Assembly (NCBI GenBank): GCA_029259345.1
Contig: JAPDIX010000038.1
Coordinates: 1 to 61,239 of the forward strand
DNA: 61,239 nucleotides
Reading direction: 5' to 3'
From: Archaeoglobi archaeon
GTDB taxonomy: Archaea > Halobacteriota > Archaeoglobi > Archaeoglobales > Archaeoglobaceae
Under the pieces are notes generated by a model. That model did no database searches, was not told where the DNA came from, and saw only the letters and a program-made list of their open reading frames with translations. The first letter of the stretch is position 1. Every line of letters begins with the position of its first letter. Below, one piece after another: positions 9,645 through 20,194 of the stretch. The translations under genes and the position numbers were made by a program.

Positions 9645-10633
9645 AGTTCCTCCCAGACCTCCTTAATCTCTTTGGCGTAATCCTCCGGGAGAAAGAAGAT
9701 AACACTCTCGTCATGAAGCATTTTTGGATAGAATACATCGCACCAGTAGTACTTACTGAAGGGTGTTCGTGCAACTATATGGAAGTTCGTTCTGAAATGT
9801 TCTCCCAGTCTATCTGCACAATAAAGCGTAAAGTTGAAGGAGTTGAGGTTCTTGCTGTCGTAATACCTCAAAACCTTTACTATTCCTTCTGAGAGACCCC
9901 TCAGTTGCTCAAAACTCATTTTGGCAAACTCTTTTTCCTCTGGGATTGCTACAAAGTGGAAAAATCCCTTTGGAGCAAAGGCTGCAAGCCACTCCGTCTT
10001 CTCAGTCCTGCCTACGTATCTCTCTCCTTCCTTTTCAATCTCGACCAGCTTCTGCCAGTAGTCCGTGCCATTACTCTCCATAAATTCGAGGGCACTCCAG
10101 TCAAGTCTTGCAAAGTAGTCTGTGGAGACGTCGGATATCATAACCTGAATGTGTGGATGCATAATGCTGCTTCCTGCGGGCTTGAGGAAGTTCATTCCGA
10201 TGGTGATGTAGTATTTCCCTTCTGGAATTTTTTTGATGTAGTCCTGAATGAGGATGAAGCTGTCAACAAAGTGTTCTGGTTTAAACTCGGACAGTTTCAG
10301 GAAGTGGGCTTCCGTAATTCTCAACACAAGAGAGTATTTGGAGTATGGCATCAGATTTGAAAAGAGGATGGCCTCCCCTCTTTTCCACAGCTCACCATTC
10401 ATGATTTCTGGATCGCGGGCTGCCATCTGCTCGATTCTTTCAGGACAAAAAGGACACCAGCTACTCGTGCTTACGATCTCTTCTTCAAAATCTCCACCCT
10501 GTATTGGAAAGTCCTTTTTTACAATCCTCGACGTTTGCAGAGTCAGGGGATCGTATCTCACCTCAACAACGCTCTCGTCAATCTTGCCACCAACAAGAAC
10601 CTTCGAAACTTCAACCTCCTTTCGGAACTCCAT
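9641..10633 (-). CDS. Galactose-1-phosphate uridylyltransferase-like (HIT/GalT) protein
   Basis: RYDPLT, CPFCP, AGSSIMHPHIQ (HxHxQ). Confidence 0.8.
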   Translation of the reverse strand: MEFRKEVEVSKVLVGGKIDESVVEVRYDPLTLQTSRIVKKDFPIQGGDFEEEIVSTSSWCPFCPERIEQMAARDPEIMNGELWKRGEAILFSNLMPYSKYSLVLRITEAHFLKLSEFKPEHFVDSFILIQDYIKKIPEGKYYITIGMNFLKPAGSSIMHPHIQVMISDVSTDYFARLDWSALEFMESNGTDYWQKLVEIEKEGERYVGRTEKTEWLAAFAPKGFFHFVAIPEEKEFAKMSFEQLRGLSEGIVKVLRYYDSKNLNSFNFTLYCADRLGEHFRTNFHIVARTPFSKYYWCDVFYPKMLHDESVIFFLPEDYAKEIKEVWEEL

Positions 10634-10704
10634 GTAGGTTATTGATTATCAAAGATTTAAAGATTATGAGCAACATTTAAAGTTCTTGAATCTGAGATTG
10701 AGTA

Positions 10705-11253
10705 ATGAATATAGATGAACTGCTCCTCCTCATCGAGAAAAACCGCATGCAGTTATCGAAAATTGATGATGAGCTCTACACAAAAATTAGAGAAAGAATC
10801 GCCGAGCTTGAAGAACTCAAGAGGTCTGCAGGTGATTCTGACTTCTTTAGATTCGAAGACGAGATTAGGACTTTAAGAAGAATCCAGAGGAAAATTTTTG
10901 AGCTAAGAACAGGGAAAATAATCAGTGCTGCATGGGCTGAGGTGTGCGGACAGCAGGTAGGCAGTGATGTTGAGAATATGTGTATCCATGAAAGATATTT
11001 TTTCAAGAGACTTATGGATGTAATCAAAGAATTCAAAAAGACAGTTTTCGAGGGAGAGGGTGGAAAAAGAGAGGACAGAGTTCTTGTAAGGATTAAAAAG
11101 GATGTTGAGATACAGGGAAGTGACGGAAAAACATATAAATTGAGGAGGGAAGATATGGTTACACTCCCTCAGTTGAACGCTGATGCTCTGGTAAAAGGTG
11201 GTGTCGCTGAGAGAATTGAGGTGAAAGAGGATGAAGTATCCCAAGAAGGTTAA
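10705..11253 (+). CDS. DNA replication factor GINS (Gins51)
   Basis: LRTGKII, E-N-M-x-x-x-E and DGKTYKL-x2-EDMVTLP. Conserved position upstream of L44e. Confidence 0.85.
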   Translation: MNIDELLLLIEKNRMQLSKIDDELYTKIRERIAELEELKRSAGDSDFFRFEDEIRTLRRIQRKIFELRTGKIISAAWAEVCGQQVGSDVENMCIHERYFFKRLMDVIKEFKKTVFEGEGGKREDRVLVRIKKDVEIQGSDGKTYKLRREDMVTLPQLNADALVKGGVAERIEVKEDEVSQEG

Positions 11254-11512
11254 GACGTTCTGCAGGTATTGTGGAAAACACACGCTACATGAAGTGGAGA
11301 GGGTTAGCAAGGGGAGAGCAAGCTCACTGAACTGGATCAACAGGCAGAAAAAAAGGAGGGGCAAGGTAGGAAACCTTGGAAAGTTCAGCAAAGTTCCGGG
11401 AGGAGATAAACCGACGAAGAGGGTGAATATCAGATTTCGCTGTACTGAATGCAAGAAAGCCCATCACCGCCCAACATGGAGGGCAAAGAGATTTGAGCTT
11501 GTAGAGCAGTGA
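11231..11512 (+). CDS. rpl44e: 50S ribosomal protein L44e
   Basis: [20 protein letters not shown]...[15 protein letters not shown]. Confidence 0.97.
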   Translation: MKYPKKVKTFCRYCGKHTLHEVERVSKGRASSLNWINRQKKRRGKVGNLGKFSKVPGGDKPTKRVNIRFRCTECKKAHHRPTWRAKRFELVEQ

Positions 11513-11522
11513 GGTGATTACC

Positions 11523-11711
11523 TTGATTGCGAAGAGTAGATTCGTGAAGGTCAAGTGCCCAGATTGCGAACATGAGCAGACAATCTTCGACCACCCTTCA
11601 ACCGTTGTAAAATGTTTGATATGTGGAAGAACTTTGGCTGAGCCCACGGGTGGTAGGGGAGAAATAAAGGCAGAGATTCTTGAGGTTGTGGATGAGAGTG
11701 TAGTTGAATAA
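11523..11711 (+). CDS. rps27e: 30S ribosomal protein S27e
   Basis: [18 protein letters not shown]...CLICG...PTGG. TTG start after SD GAGGTGA. Confidence 0.95.
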   Translation: MIAKSRFVKVKCPDCEHEQTIFDHPSTVVKCLICGRTLAEPTGGRGEIKAEILEVVDESVVE

Positions 11712-14038
11712 TCAACTCACCACTTCCTTCGTCACCTTTGCAATGTCCATTTTTGAAACGTGTTTGGCTGAGGGGAACAAAGCAGCCAGAACTACCAAAT
11801 ATACAGCAACAACCGTGAAAGCGTAGGTTCTGGGAAAGATCAACATCGGAAGGTAGTAGAGTTCACTCTCGAAAGACGTAAAGAAGATGTAAGCGGTGCC
11901 ATAAGCTACGGGAAGTCCTATTGCAAATCCCAAAATCCCGATAAACGCGCTCTCAAATATCAGCGAAAGTGTGATTTCTCTCGGAGTGTATCCGAGCATT
12001 CTGAGTGTTGCAAACTCCCTGCTCCTCTCTATAACGTTTATACTTGTTGTGTTGAATATTGACGCAAAGCCCAGCGAGGCGCCAAACATGAGCGAAAAGG
12101 TGATGAAGGCGTAGAAGAAGCCCATTAGCTCTCCGATGGATTCCTCTGCCTCCTGGATTGTGCTAACCTTCCTAACCCCATCCATTTCCCTGATTTTCTC
12201 CGCCACTTCATTGATTCTGCCATCCTCAACATCCACGACAACTGTGTTGAACCCATCCACGCCTGAAATTTCATTGAAGTAGTCGAGGCTCGTAGTGGCA
12301 ACGGAAAGGAGTGGTATTAACTCCAATCCTCCAACTTCGGCCTTTAATTTACCAAATTCCGTGTAAATTGACACTTTCTCCCCTTTAACTAACGAGAGGT
12401 TTTTCATGGAAGTCTTTGAAAAAATTATACCCTCACTTGGAACTGTCTTCTCCCCATCGGCATTGTAAACGTTGTATAGATTCTGGTAGTTGGATGCGAT
12501 AAGCAAGGTTGAAGCAACGCTTCCACCCTTCTCAACAGCTATACTCGTCTCAACAAGCGGCTCTGCAAGCAAAACACCATCCATCCTTCTTATCTCCTCA
12601 AGCACCTGCTTTTCGCCATAACCATCCAGGTTTACTTTGATGTCGTAGGCGTAAACTTTCCCAAACTGAAGCTGCATCACGTAATCAAAGGAATCAACAA
12701 AAACCATCGAGCTCAGGATGAGGGACGTGCAGGCGGCGACGCTGAAGAGAGAAATGGCCGTTCTCTTCCTGTTCCTGACCAGATTTCTTACATCCATCCT
12801 GAAAATCAGCCTTGTCCGCAAAATTCTGCTGATGATTGCGTCTAATTTAACTGCCAGACCTTCAGAAAAAGTTTCTTCGACATAGCCCCTCAGAGCCTTT
12901 ACTATGTCAACTCTTGAAGCCTGAAATGCCACCAACAGCCCTGAAAGGAGTGGTGTTGAAGTTCCAACGATCATTGAGGCTGCATAAATTTCCAGATGGG
13001 GTTTTGAGATGAAGTAGGGCAGATTCAGGAAGCGTACGTATTCAGTCGTCAGAATTTGCGAACCGATGAAGCCTGCAATAACCCCCGTAACTGAAGCGAA
13101 AAAGCCGATAAGTAAAGGGTACTGGAGATAGTGCGACAGTATCTCCTTTCTTGTAAAGCCAATTGCTCTCAGTATGGCGATATTTCCCATTTGCAACCTT
13201 ACGATCCTTGAGAGCAAAGCGTAGGTTGAAAAAATTGCGATCAGCATGAAAAAGGCCGGAAACATTACTGAAAGAGCCTGAAATCCATCGAGGTCTTCCT
13301 TAAGCAGTCTCCGACTAACCTGCGTTTCGTCAGTGTGAAACTCCTCAACTCTCTCTCCGAGGACAGCCAGTATTTTTCTGAGCACCTCTTCCTTTTTGTC
13401 CTCATCCACAACCCTTACCTTTACCTCATTGTACCTCAGCCCGGCAGAAATCATATCGTCCTCGGGAACGTAAACTATGGCGTAACTGCCGGGAGAGGGA
13501 GTGAATGTCTCCTCTCCTTCCTCAAAAATTAGAATAAATTCTGGAGAGTAAACCAAGGCCGAAATAGTTTTGGTATACTTCACATCGCCAAAACCAACAA
13601 CGAGGGGTGTGTTAGTCGTCAATCCATGATAGTCGGCGAATTTTTTAAGCACAGCAAACCCCCCCCTTCAGCGATGTATAGGCGATTTATCCTCTCGTTC
13701 TCCGGCAGTGATATCACCAAGGCCGGAATATCCCTTCCGTTAACGTAGACGCTACCATGCACGGCAATTCTGGGTTGGACTTCGAGAACACCATCAATTT
13801 TCTTTATCTTCTCCAAATCTTCGTTTTTAATCTCGATTGCCTTTACAGAGATGTCCTCAAAATCGCTGCTCTCGTAAAAGCTCTCGTAGGTGTCGTGAAG
13901 GTTGAGGTAGGAGAGATAGAAGGAGCAGAAAATCGCAACGCCGAGGACCAGAATGAAGGTTGTGGCGATGAATAATCCCTTCTGAGTCTTAATATCTCTG
14001 ATAAGCTTGAGTCTTAGAATTTCACCACGTGATTTCAT
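11712..14038 (-). pseudogene. FtsX/MacB-type ABC permease split by a frameshift in a G8 tract
   Basis: ORFs 13619-14038 and 11712-13652 are the N- and C-terminal parts of one permease. One extra G in the run at 13659-13666 gives EGGG-FAVLKKFADYH. Confidence 0.85.
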
Positions 14039-14717
14039 CCGCCTTCACCGGAGTGGGGTTCTCGACAACCCTCTCAACCCTCCCATCCCTCAGGTAAACC
14101 ACCTTGTCTGCGATTGGGGCAATTGCAGAATTATGCGTTACAAGAATGAAAGTTATCCCCTCCTTTATGTTAATCTCCCTCATAACACCAAGAATTGTCT
14201 TACCCGTCTCGAAGTCGAGGCTTCCCGTTGGCTCATCTGCAAGAATCAGCGGAGGATTTTTAACCAGTGCTCTGGCTATTGCTACCCTCTGCTGTTCCCC
14301 ACCGCTCAGTTCAGCAGGGAAATGGTTGGCTCTCTCCTTCAATCCAACGGCTTCCAGAACCTCCTCAACATCCCTTGGCCTCTCCACCAAATCCGCAGCG
14401 ATTTCAACGTTTTCTCTTGCAGTTAGGGTTGGAATAAGGTTGAAAAACTGGAAAATAAATCCAACGTTCCTTCTTCTGTGCATTGTCAGGGCATCATCGT
14501 CGTAGTCCGTAATGTCTCTGCCATCAAAAATAACTCTGCCCTTCGTTGGACGGTCAATGCCGCCGATGATGTTGAGCATCGTCGTCTTCCCGCAGCCTGA
14601 GGGGCCAAGCACGACAACAAACTCCCCCTTCTCGACCTGCAGATCGACACCCCTTAGCGCATTCACCTCAACTTTTCCCATGACGTAGGTTTTCCATACC
14701 TCCTTGAGCTCGATCAC
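14022..14717 (-). CDS. ABC transporter ATP-binding protein (LolD/MacB-like)
   Basis: GPSGCGKT, LSGGEQQR, DEPTGSLD, VTH. Confidence 0.95.
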   Translation of the reverse strand: MIELKEVWKTYVMGKVEVNALRGVDLQVEKGEFVVVLGPSGCGKTTMLNIIGGIDRPTKGRVIFDGRDITDYDDDALTMHRRRNVGFIFQFFNLIPTLTARENVEIAADLVERPRDVEEVLEAVGLKERANHFPAELSGGEQQRVAIARALVKNPPLILADEPTGSLDFETGKTILGVMREINIKEGITFILVTHNSAIAPIADKVVYLRDGRVERVVENPTPVKADEITW

Positions 14718-16147
14718 CTTTTACTCCTCCGATAGAGCCAGATTGCTACCCCTAAGATTACCAGCACAATAACTGCAAAAGCAGCCCATTCAAACTCACC
14801 GGAAAACACGTAAATGGTAAACTCCTTCTCAACCGTGTGCTTTTCAAATCTCATGTCAAGGTAAGAGATTTCTGCCGCGAATTCGTGATTTCCCGCTTTA
14901 TTTGCCTTAAGCTCGAAGGTGGCTGTTGCGGAATCTCCGCTCTCAAGAGAGCCTATGAAGTAACTATCCCTCCCCTCTAAACCTTCCGGAAGCTTTAGCT
15001 TTACCGCCACCCCTTTCACATCCTGCTCCCCGCTGTTCTCTATTTGAAGGGAGAGTTTGAACGCATTTCCATCAACTATACGCTGAGGAGATGTGTAAAC
15101 TCCAGCCAAATCAATTGATATCGTTCCGTAGTCTGAAACGTAAACTGGAATGCTGTAATCACGGCTGAAGCTACTGCTAATGAAGCTCAAGATTAATTCG
15201 TAGCTCCCGCACTCTTTCGAAGACTTCAGGGAGAAGTTTATAGAGGCTGTCTCTCCTGCCTCCAAGTCTCCCAGAATCTCCCTGTTCTCTCCTTCAAACC
15301 CATCTGGAAGTTGAAGCTGGACAACGGCATCTTTCAGGTCTGAGTTTTTGGCTGTCACAGCAACATTCATTGTGAAGTCCGAATTCGCGTAAATTTTATC
15401 GGGTATGGTTTTTACAACCAAATCAAGCTGGGGCTCAGCGACCACTTCAACCATAACCGGAACTCTTGCTTCTCCTTGATCCCCAAACTCCGTTTTATAT
15501 TTCGCAACCAGATCAGCAGTGTATGTGCCCTTAACAGCGTTTTCATCCACTGAAATCTGTAGAATCACATTCTTCGCTTCTCCGTTCTCCCACGACTCAA
15601 CAAGATACGTCGTGCAGTCGAAAATTGATGAATCCAACGTGATTGTTGCAGTCTCTATTTTCCCACCCATGTTCCGGATTTCGATGCTTTTTTCAACCGT
15701 TTCACCAAGAGCTAAGGTTATTTTCTCTCCCGTAAACAGGAAGGGGGATTCATGGACGAGAAGAGTTAAAACTGAACTCATTCCAAAGCTTTCTCCTGCC
15801 TCATTAACGTATGAGAGAGTTACGTGCAAGGAGTAAACCCCAGATTTTTCGGCAAAAGCCTTTAGCTGAGCAGAGGTGCTTCCAGTTGCCAAGTTACCAA
15901 TTCTCAGGTGGATGCTTGAAGATTTCCCATAACGGGGGTCTATCAGGTAAAAACCGTCCTCCTCTTCGTAAACGGACAGCTCAAGCCCCTTCGCCACATC
16001 TCCAGAATTTGTGATGTCTATGGAGATAACGAAGTAGCCGGGAGAGGGTTGAGACGGGTTTGTGTGGTAATTCAGCGTAACCACCGGCTGAGCAGAGGTT
16101 ACGGCAATTAAGGTCAGCATCAACAACGAAACCAAAAGCAGCCTCAT
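14714..16147 (-). CDS. COG1361-type S-layer-domain protein (Ig/CARDB-like repeats, C-terminal anchor)
   Basis: Signal peptide MRLLLVSLLMLTLIAVTSA, repeated I-x-N-x-G...IGxL Ig modules, C-terminal TM plus RRSKR. ATGA overlap with tetR. Confidence 0.85.
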   Translation of the reverse strand: MRLLLVSLLMLTLIAVTSAQPVVTLNYHTNPSQPSPGYFVISIDITNSGDVAKGLELSVYEEEDGFYLIDPRYGKSSSIHLRIGNLATGSTSAQLKAFAEKSGVYSLHVTLSYVNEAGESFGMSSVLTLLVHESPFLFTGEKITLALGETVEKSIEIRNMGGKIETATITLDSSIFDCTTYLVESWENGEAKNVILQISVDENAVKGTYTADLVAKYKTEFGDQGEARVPVMVEVVAEPQLDLVVKTIPDKIYANSDFTMNVAVTAKNSDLKDAVVQLQLPDGFEGENREILGDLEAGETASINFSLKSSKECGSYELILSFISSSFSRDYSIPVYVSDYGTISIDLAGVYTSPQRIVDGNAFKLSLQIENSGEQDVKGVAVKLKLPEGLEGRDSYFIGSLESGDSATATFELKANKAGNHEFAAEISYLDMRFEKHTVEKEFTIYVFSGEFEWAAFAVIVLVILGVAIWLYRRSKR

Positions 16148-16656
16148 TCTCCACACCTCTCAAAAAATTTTAAAGCCATTTCTCTATATTTTTCTAACGA
16201 CCCTATGTCCGAGAAAACAGAGTATATGGCGAGACCATCGAGCATTGCTGAAAGCGCGAGAGCAGTTTCTCTGGGATGTTTGCATTCCTTGAATAGAGGC
16301 AAAATCCTGCCTAAGCTCTCTTCGAACATCTTATTAATATCTCTTTTTAAGTCCTCAGACTGGAAGTTTAAAGCGTAGAGCATGAATTCTGTCAGTTTTC
16401 TTCTCTCCCTCATGTATTTAGTCCACAAATCCACCAGTTCTTCGATGCTTTCAAAACTCAACTCGTCCAGCAGACTTCTGAAGGCGTGTAGGAGGGTTGC
16501 TCTAATCAAATTCTGCTTGCTCCCGAAGTGATACAACACAAGACTCTTGGAAACCCCGGCTTCTCTTGCAACATCGTTGAGACTCACCTCATAAGGTGGT
16601 TTGGCTGTGTAAAGTCTGAGGGCAGCGTTAAGTATATTGACTGTCTGGTCAGTCAT
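16144..16656 (-). CDS. TetR/AcrR family transcriptional regulator
   Basis: ILNAALRLY...SLNDVAREAGVSKSLVLYHFGSKQNL helix-turn-helix. Confidence 0.92.
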   Translation of the reverse strand: MTDQTVNILNAALRLYTAKPPYEVSLNDVAREAGVSKSLVLYHFGSKQNLIRATLLHAFRSLLDELSFESIEELVDLWTKYMRERRKLTEFMLYALNFQSEDLKRDINKMFEESLGRILPLFKECKHPRETALALSAMLDGLAIYSVFSDIGSLEKYREMALKFFERCGE

Positions 16657-16684
16657 ATACTGACTAAGTGGTCAAAAATATAAA
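16638..16684 (-). promoter_or_regulatory. Two TGACT-N3-TGGTCA pseudo-palindromic operators plus TATA box of the leaderless tetR operon
   Basis: tgactgtctggtca at 16638-16651 and tgactaagtggtca at 16661-16674 flank the ATG (16656). A TTTTATAT box lies at about 16677-16684 on the minus strand. Confidence 0.65.
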
Positions 16685-16740
16685 ATTTTTGGTCTACAAA
16701 ATGACAAAAATGTTAACTACCCTTACTTTTCCGAAACTTC

Positions 16741-18075
16741 GTGACTTTCAGAGAGAAGAACCTTGAAACTCTAATGGGTGAGCCGAGAAAAGCTTTGACA
16801 AAGCTTTCTATCCCAATGATAATCAGCAATTTTGTTTTCACACTGTATATCCTCGCTGATGGAGTGTGGGTTGCGGGCCTTGGACCTAACGCACTATCTG
16901 CAGTTGGGATCTTCTTTCCGCTTTTCTTCATTTTTCTCGCTATATCCTTAGGGCTCAACGTTGGGAGTAACTCAGCTATTTCGAGGAGAATAGGTGCAAG
17001 GGATTTCAGGGGAGCAAGTCTTACCGCAACGCACGCCTTCTTGGTTGGATTTCTTGTTTCAATTCCAATGACTGCATCTGCTCTTCTCCTAACTCCGGCT
17101 ATGACTTTTCTTGGTGCAGTAGGTGAGGTTCTACAGCTTTCCATCGAGTATGGACGAATAATGGTCCTCGGAAGTGTATTTCTGGTTTTCAACAATACCT
17201 CGATGGGAATTCTGAACGGAGAGGGAAACGCAAAAAGGGCCATGTATGCAAACACAATCGGGAGTGTTTTGAACATCATTCTCGACCCAGTATTCATTTA
17301 CGTTTTAAACCTCGGTGTTGCTGGTGCAGCTTACGCAAGCGTTTTTTCAATGATTATCTCATCTTCAGTCTTTTTGTTTTGGTTTTTAACCGGTAAAACC
17401 TTTGTAAAGCCAGAATTTCCCTTTAAATGGGACTGGAAAATTGTCTTTGATTTGTTCAGGGTTGGTATGCCTTCCTCCCTCTCAATGCTTACAATGTCCG
17501 TAGCCTTCATGCTGATTAACCGACTTGTAATCGAAACAGGGGGCAATGTGGGGCTGGCTGCCTATACAAGTGCATGGAGACTGATTCATTTTGGATTCGT
17601 TCCTTTATTCGGAATGGGTGCGGCGTTAACTGCTGTCACCGGAGCCGCTTATGGCTCAGGAAATCCTAAAAAGATTGATGAGAGCTTGAATTACGCCGTC
17701 AAATTGTTGCTGTTAATTGATGCAGCAATTCTTTTTGCAATGGTTGCCTTTGCCCCTCAAATATCTAAAATTTTCATATACACTGAAGCTTCAGCAGTTA
17801 TTTACGAAGAAGTGGTTAAAACAATAAAGATAACAGCATTTATCCTGCTCTTTGCCCCACTTGGAGTTTCCTCAGCATCCGTTTTTCAGGGGATGGGGAT
17901 GGGTGAGAGATCTTTTGCAATTACGATTCTGAGATCAGTTGTTTCTCAGGTTTCTCTTGCCTATCTACTCTCAATCCCCTTCGGATTTGAAGGTGTTTTG
18001 TTAGGCATCGTTTTAGGGGAGGCTGTTGGCTGTTTTGTGGGTTTTGGGTGGGCTAAGTTTACTGTTAGAGGTTGA
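16741..18075 (+). CDS. MATE family efflux transporter
   Basis: LSIPMI, DGVWVAGLG-x2-ALSAVG, NIILDPVFIY, GVAGAAYAS; about 12 TM segments. Confidence 0.93.
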   Translation: MTFREKNLETLMGEPRKALTKLSIPMIISNFVFTLYILADGVWVAGLGPNALSAVGIFFPLFFIFLAISLGLNVGSNSAISRRIGARDFRGASLTATHAFLVGFLVSIPMTASALLLTPAMTFLGAVGEVLQLSIEYGRIMVLGSVFLVFNNTSMGILNGEGNAKRAMYANTIGSVLNIILDPVFIYVLNLGVAGAAYASVFSMIISSSVFLFWFLTGKTFVKPEFPFKWDWKIVFDLFRVGMPSSLSMLTMSVAFMLINRLVIETGGNVGLAAYTSAWRLIHFGFVPLFGMGAALTAVTGAAYGSGNPKKIDESLNYAVKLLLLIDAAILFAMVAFAPQISKIFIYTEASAVIYEEVVKTIKITAFILLFAPLGVSSASVFQGMGMGERSFAITILRSVVSQVSLAYLLSIPFGFEGVLLGIVLGEAVGCFVGFGWAKFTVRG

Positions 18076-18127
18076 TGCTGAGAAGCATCCAGCAACCTTT
18101 AAAAATTTCTGACCAACTAAACGCTGA

Positions 18128-19336
18128 ATGAAATTCAAAATCAAACACACCCTCGACAGAATGCGCGTTGGGGAAGTTAAAACCCGACATGGGAGCTTCA
18201 AAACCCCTGTTTTCATCCCGGTTGCAACCTTAGGTGCCATCAGGGGCTTGGACAATAGGGACTTAAGAGATATGGGTGTGGAAGTCATCCTCGCAAACAC
18301 GTATCATCTCCATCTCAGACCGGGTGACGAACTCGTCAGAGACCTTGGAGGGCTGCATAAGTTTATGAACTTTGATGGGCCAATTGTGACAGACTCTGGT
18401 GGCTTTCAGGCATTCTCCTTGGGTTTTGGGATGGAGCATGGCGTGGGGAAGATAGCCAACAACATATTTCTGGAAGGGTTGAGTGAGGAGAGGCTGAAAG
18501 AAATCCAGGGTAAAAAGCTTGCTGTTGTGACGGATAGAGGTGTGAAATTCAAAGACCCAAAATCGGGCAGAGTAATCGAACTCACACCCAGAAAATCCAT
18601 GGAAATTCAATCAAACCTCGGCTCTGATATCATCTTCGCCTTCGACGAGTGCACATCACCCCTTTCTGATAGAGGATACACCGAGAAGGCACTGGAAAGA
18701 ACCCATAGGTGGGCTGAGGAATGCTTAGAATACTACGATAGACGGCAAGCTCTATTTGGTGTTGTGCAGGGTGGAGAGTACAGAGATTTAAGGGAAAGGT
18801 CTGCAAGATTTATGGCGGATAGAGACTTTGCGGGCTACGGAATTGGTGGATCATTGGGAAAGAGTAAGCAGGATATGCTGAACATTCTGGACTGGGTGAT
18901 TCCTTTGCTTCCGGAAGATAAGCCGAGACATCTTCTGGGTATTGGAGCGGTAGAGGATTTGTTCAACTGCACTGAAAAGGGTGTGGACATGTTCGACTGT
19001 GTAGCTCCAGCAAGATGGGCGAGGAGAGGACATCTTTACATCAGTCCGACTGAAGGTGGGAATCGGGCGAATAAATTCAGAATTCATATCCGAAATGCGA
19101 GGTTCAGGAGAGACACAAAGCCCGTTGACAGAACCTGCGAGTGCCGTGTCTGCCAGAACTATTCCAGAGCGTATTTAAGACACCTTTACACTGCAAACGA
19201 GCTTCTGTACTTCAGACTTGCCACGTATCACAACCTCTTTTTCATCCTGAATCTTATGGAAAATATCAGGGACTCAATCAGGGAGGGTAGCTTTTATGAG
19301 TTGAAGAGGGAGTGGCTGGGAGAAAAATTAAGATAA
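18128..19336 (+). CDS. tgt: Bacterial-type tRNA-guanine(34) transglycosylase
   Basis: TPVFIPVAT, ILANTYHL, TDSGGFQ, FDEC, VVQGG, PRHLLGIG, DMFDC, CECRVC...HN Zn site. No PUA domain. Confidence 0.9.
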   Translation: MKFKIKHTLDRMRVGEVKTRHGSFKTPVFIPVATLGAIRGLDNRDLRDMGVEVILANTYHLHLRPGDELVRDLGGLHKFMNFDGPIVTDSGGFQAFSLGFGMEHGVGKIANNIFLEGLSEERLKEIQGKKLAVVTDRGVKFKDPKSGRVIELTPRKSMEIQSNLGSDIIFAFDECTSPLSDRGYTEKALERTHRWAEECLEYYDRRQALFGVVQGGEYRDLRERSARFMADRDFAGYGIGGSLGKSKQDMLNILDWVIPLLPEDKPRHLLGIGAVEDLFNCTEKGVDMFDCVAPARWARRGHLYISPTEGGNRANKFRIHIRNARFRRDTKPVDRTCECRVCQNYSRAYLRHLYTANELLYFRLATYHNLFFILNLMENIRDSIREGSFYELKREWLGEKLR

Positions 19337-19393
19337 TCACGGAAGATGCTGGGGATACTGATTAAGTGTATACGGAATCGCCCATCGAACGAG

Positions 19394-20194
19394 CTAAATC
19401 ATCACCCCTCCCTCGTCTGCACTGCTTGCAAGCCTTGAATACCGATAAAGACATCCCTTCTTAACCCTCGACTCGAAATCTGGTAGTTTTTTCAGCCCTC
19501 TCTCTATCTCGTCATTGCTCAGCCTGACTTCAAGTCTCCTTTTCGGGATGTCTATCTCTATCTCGTCTCCATCCTCAACCGCAGCAATTGGACCTTTCTC
19601 AGCAGCTTCGGGGGAAACATGGCCGATACATGGCCCTTTTGTAGCCCCACTGAACCTGCCATCTGTGACGAGAGCCACGCTCTCGCCCATTCCTGAGAGC
19701 ATCAGGACGGTGGTTGCCGTAAGCATTTCCCTCATCCCAGGCCCACCCTTGGGGCCTTCATACCTTATCACTATGACCTCTCCCTCTCCAATCTCCCTGT
19801 TTAAAATCGCCGCAACCGCATCTTCTTCTTTATCAAAAACTCTCGCTTCCCCTTTAAACTTCATCATTTTCTTGCTTATAGCGGCAGTTTTAACCACTGC
19901 CCCTCTTGGAGCGAGATTTCCCCACAGAATCGCTATACCACCCTCCTTATGGATAGGATTTTCCAGTGGCTTTATAACATTCTCGTCGTAGATTTTAGCT
20001 TTTTCAGCCATTTCTCCAATCTTTTTGCCTGTAACCGTAACACATTCTTTGTTTATTACTCCCTCTAACCTTTTGAGCATGGCAGGAATTCCGCCAGCTT
20101 GGTGTAGGTCAAAGATCGTATACTCCCCTCCCGGGGCGATTCCGCAGATATGTGGCACCTTTCTGCTGATTTCATCGAAAAGGTCGAGCGGGAT
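19394..20194 (-). pseudogene. ilvD: Dihydroxy-acid dehydratase, C-terminal half only (5' half replaced by the integrative-element junction)
   Basis: [16 protein letters not shown]..., [41 protein letters not shown]. No N-terminal domain or start upstream of 20194. Confidence 0.9.

Noticed and set aside
19337-19404. Possible C/D box sRNA between tgt and ilvD
   Set aside because: C-like and D boxes are not on the same strand with proper spacing.
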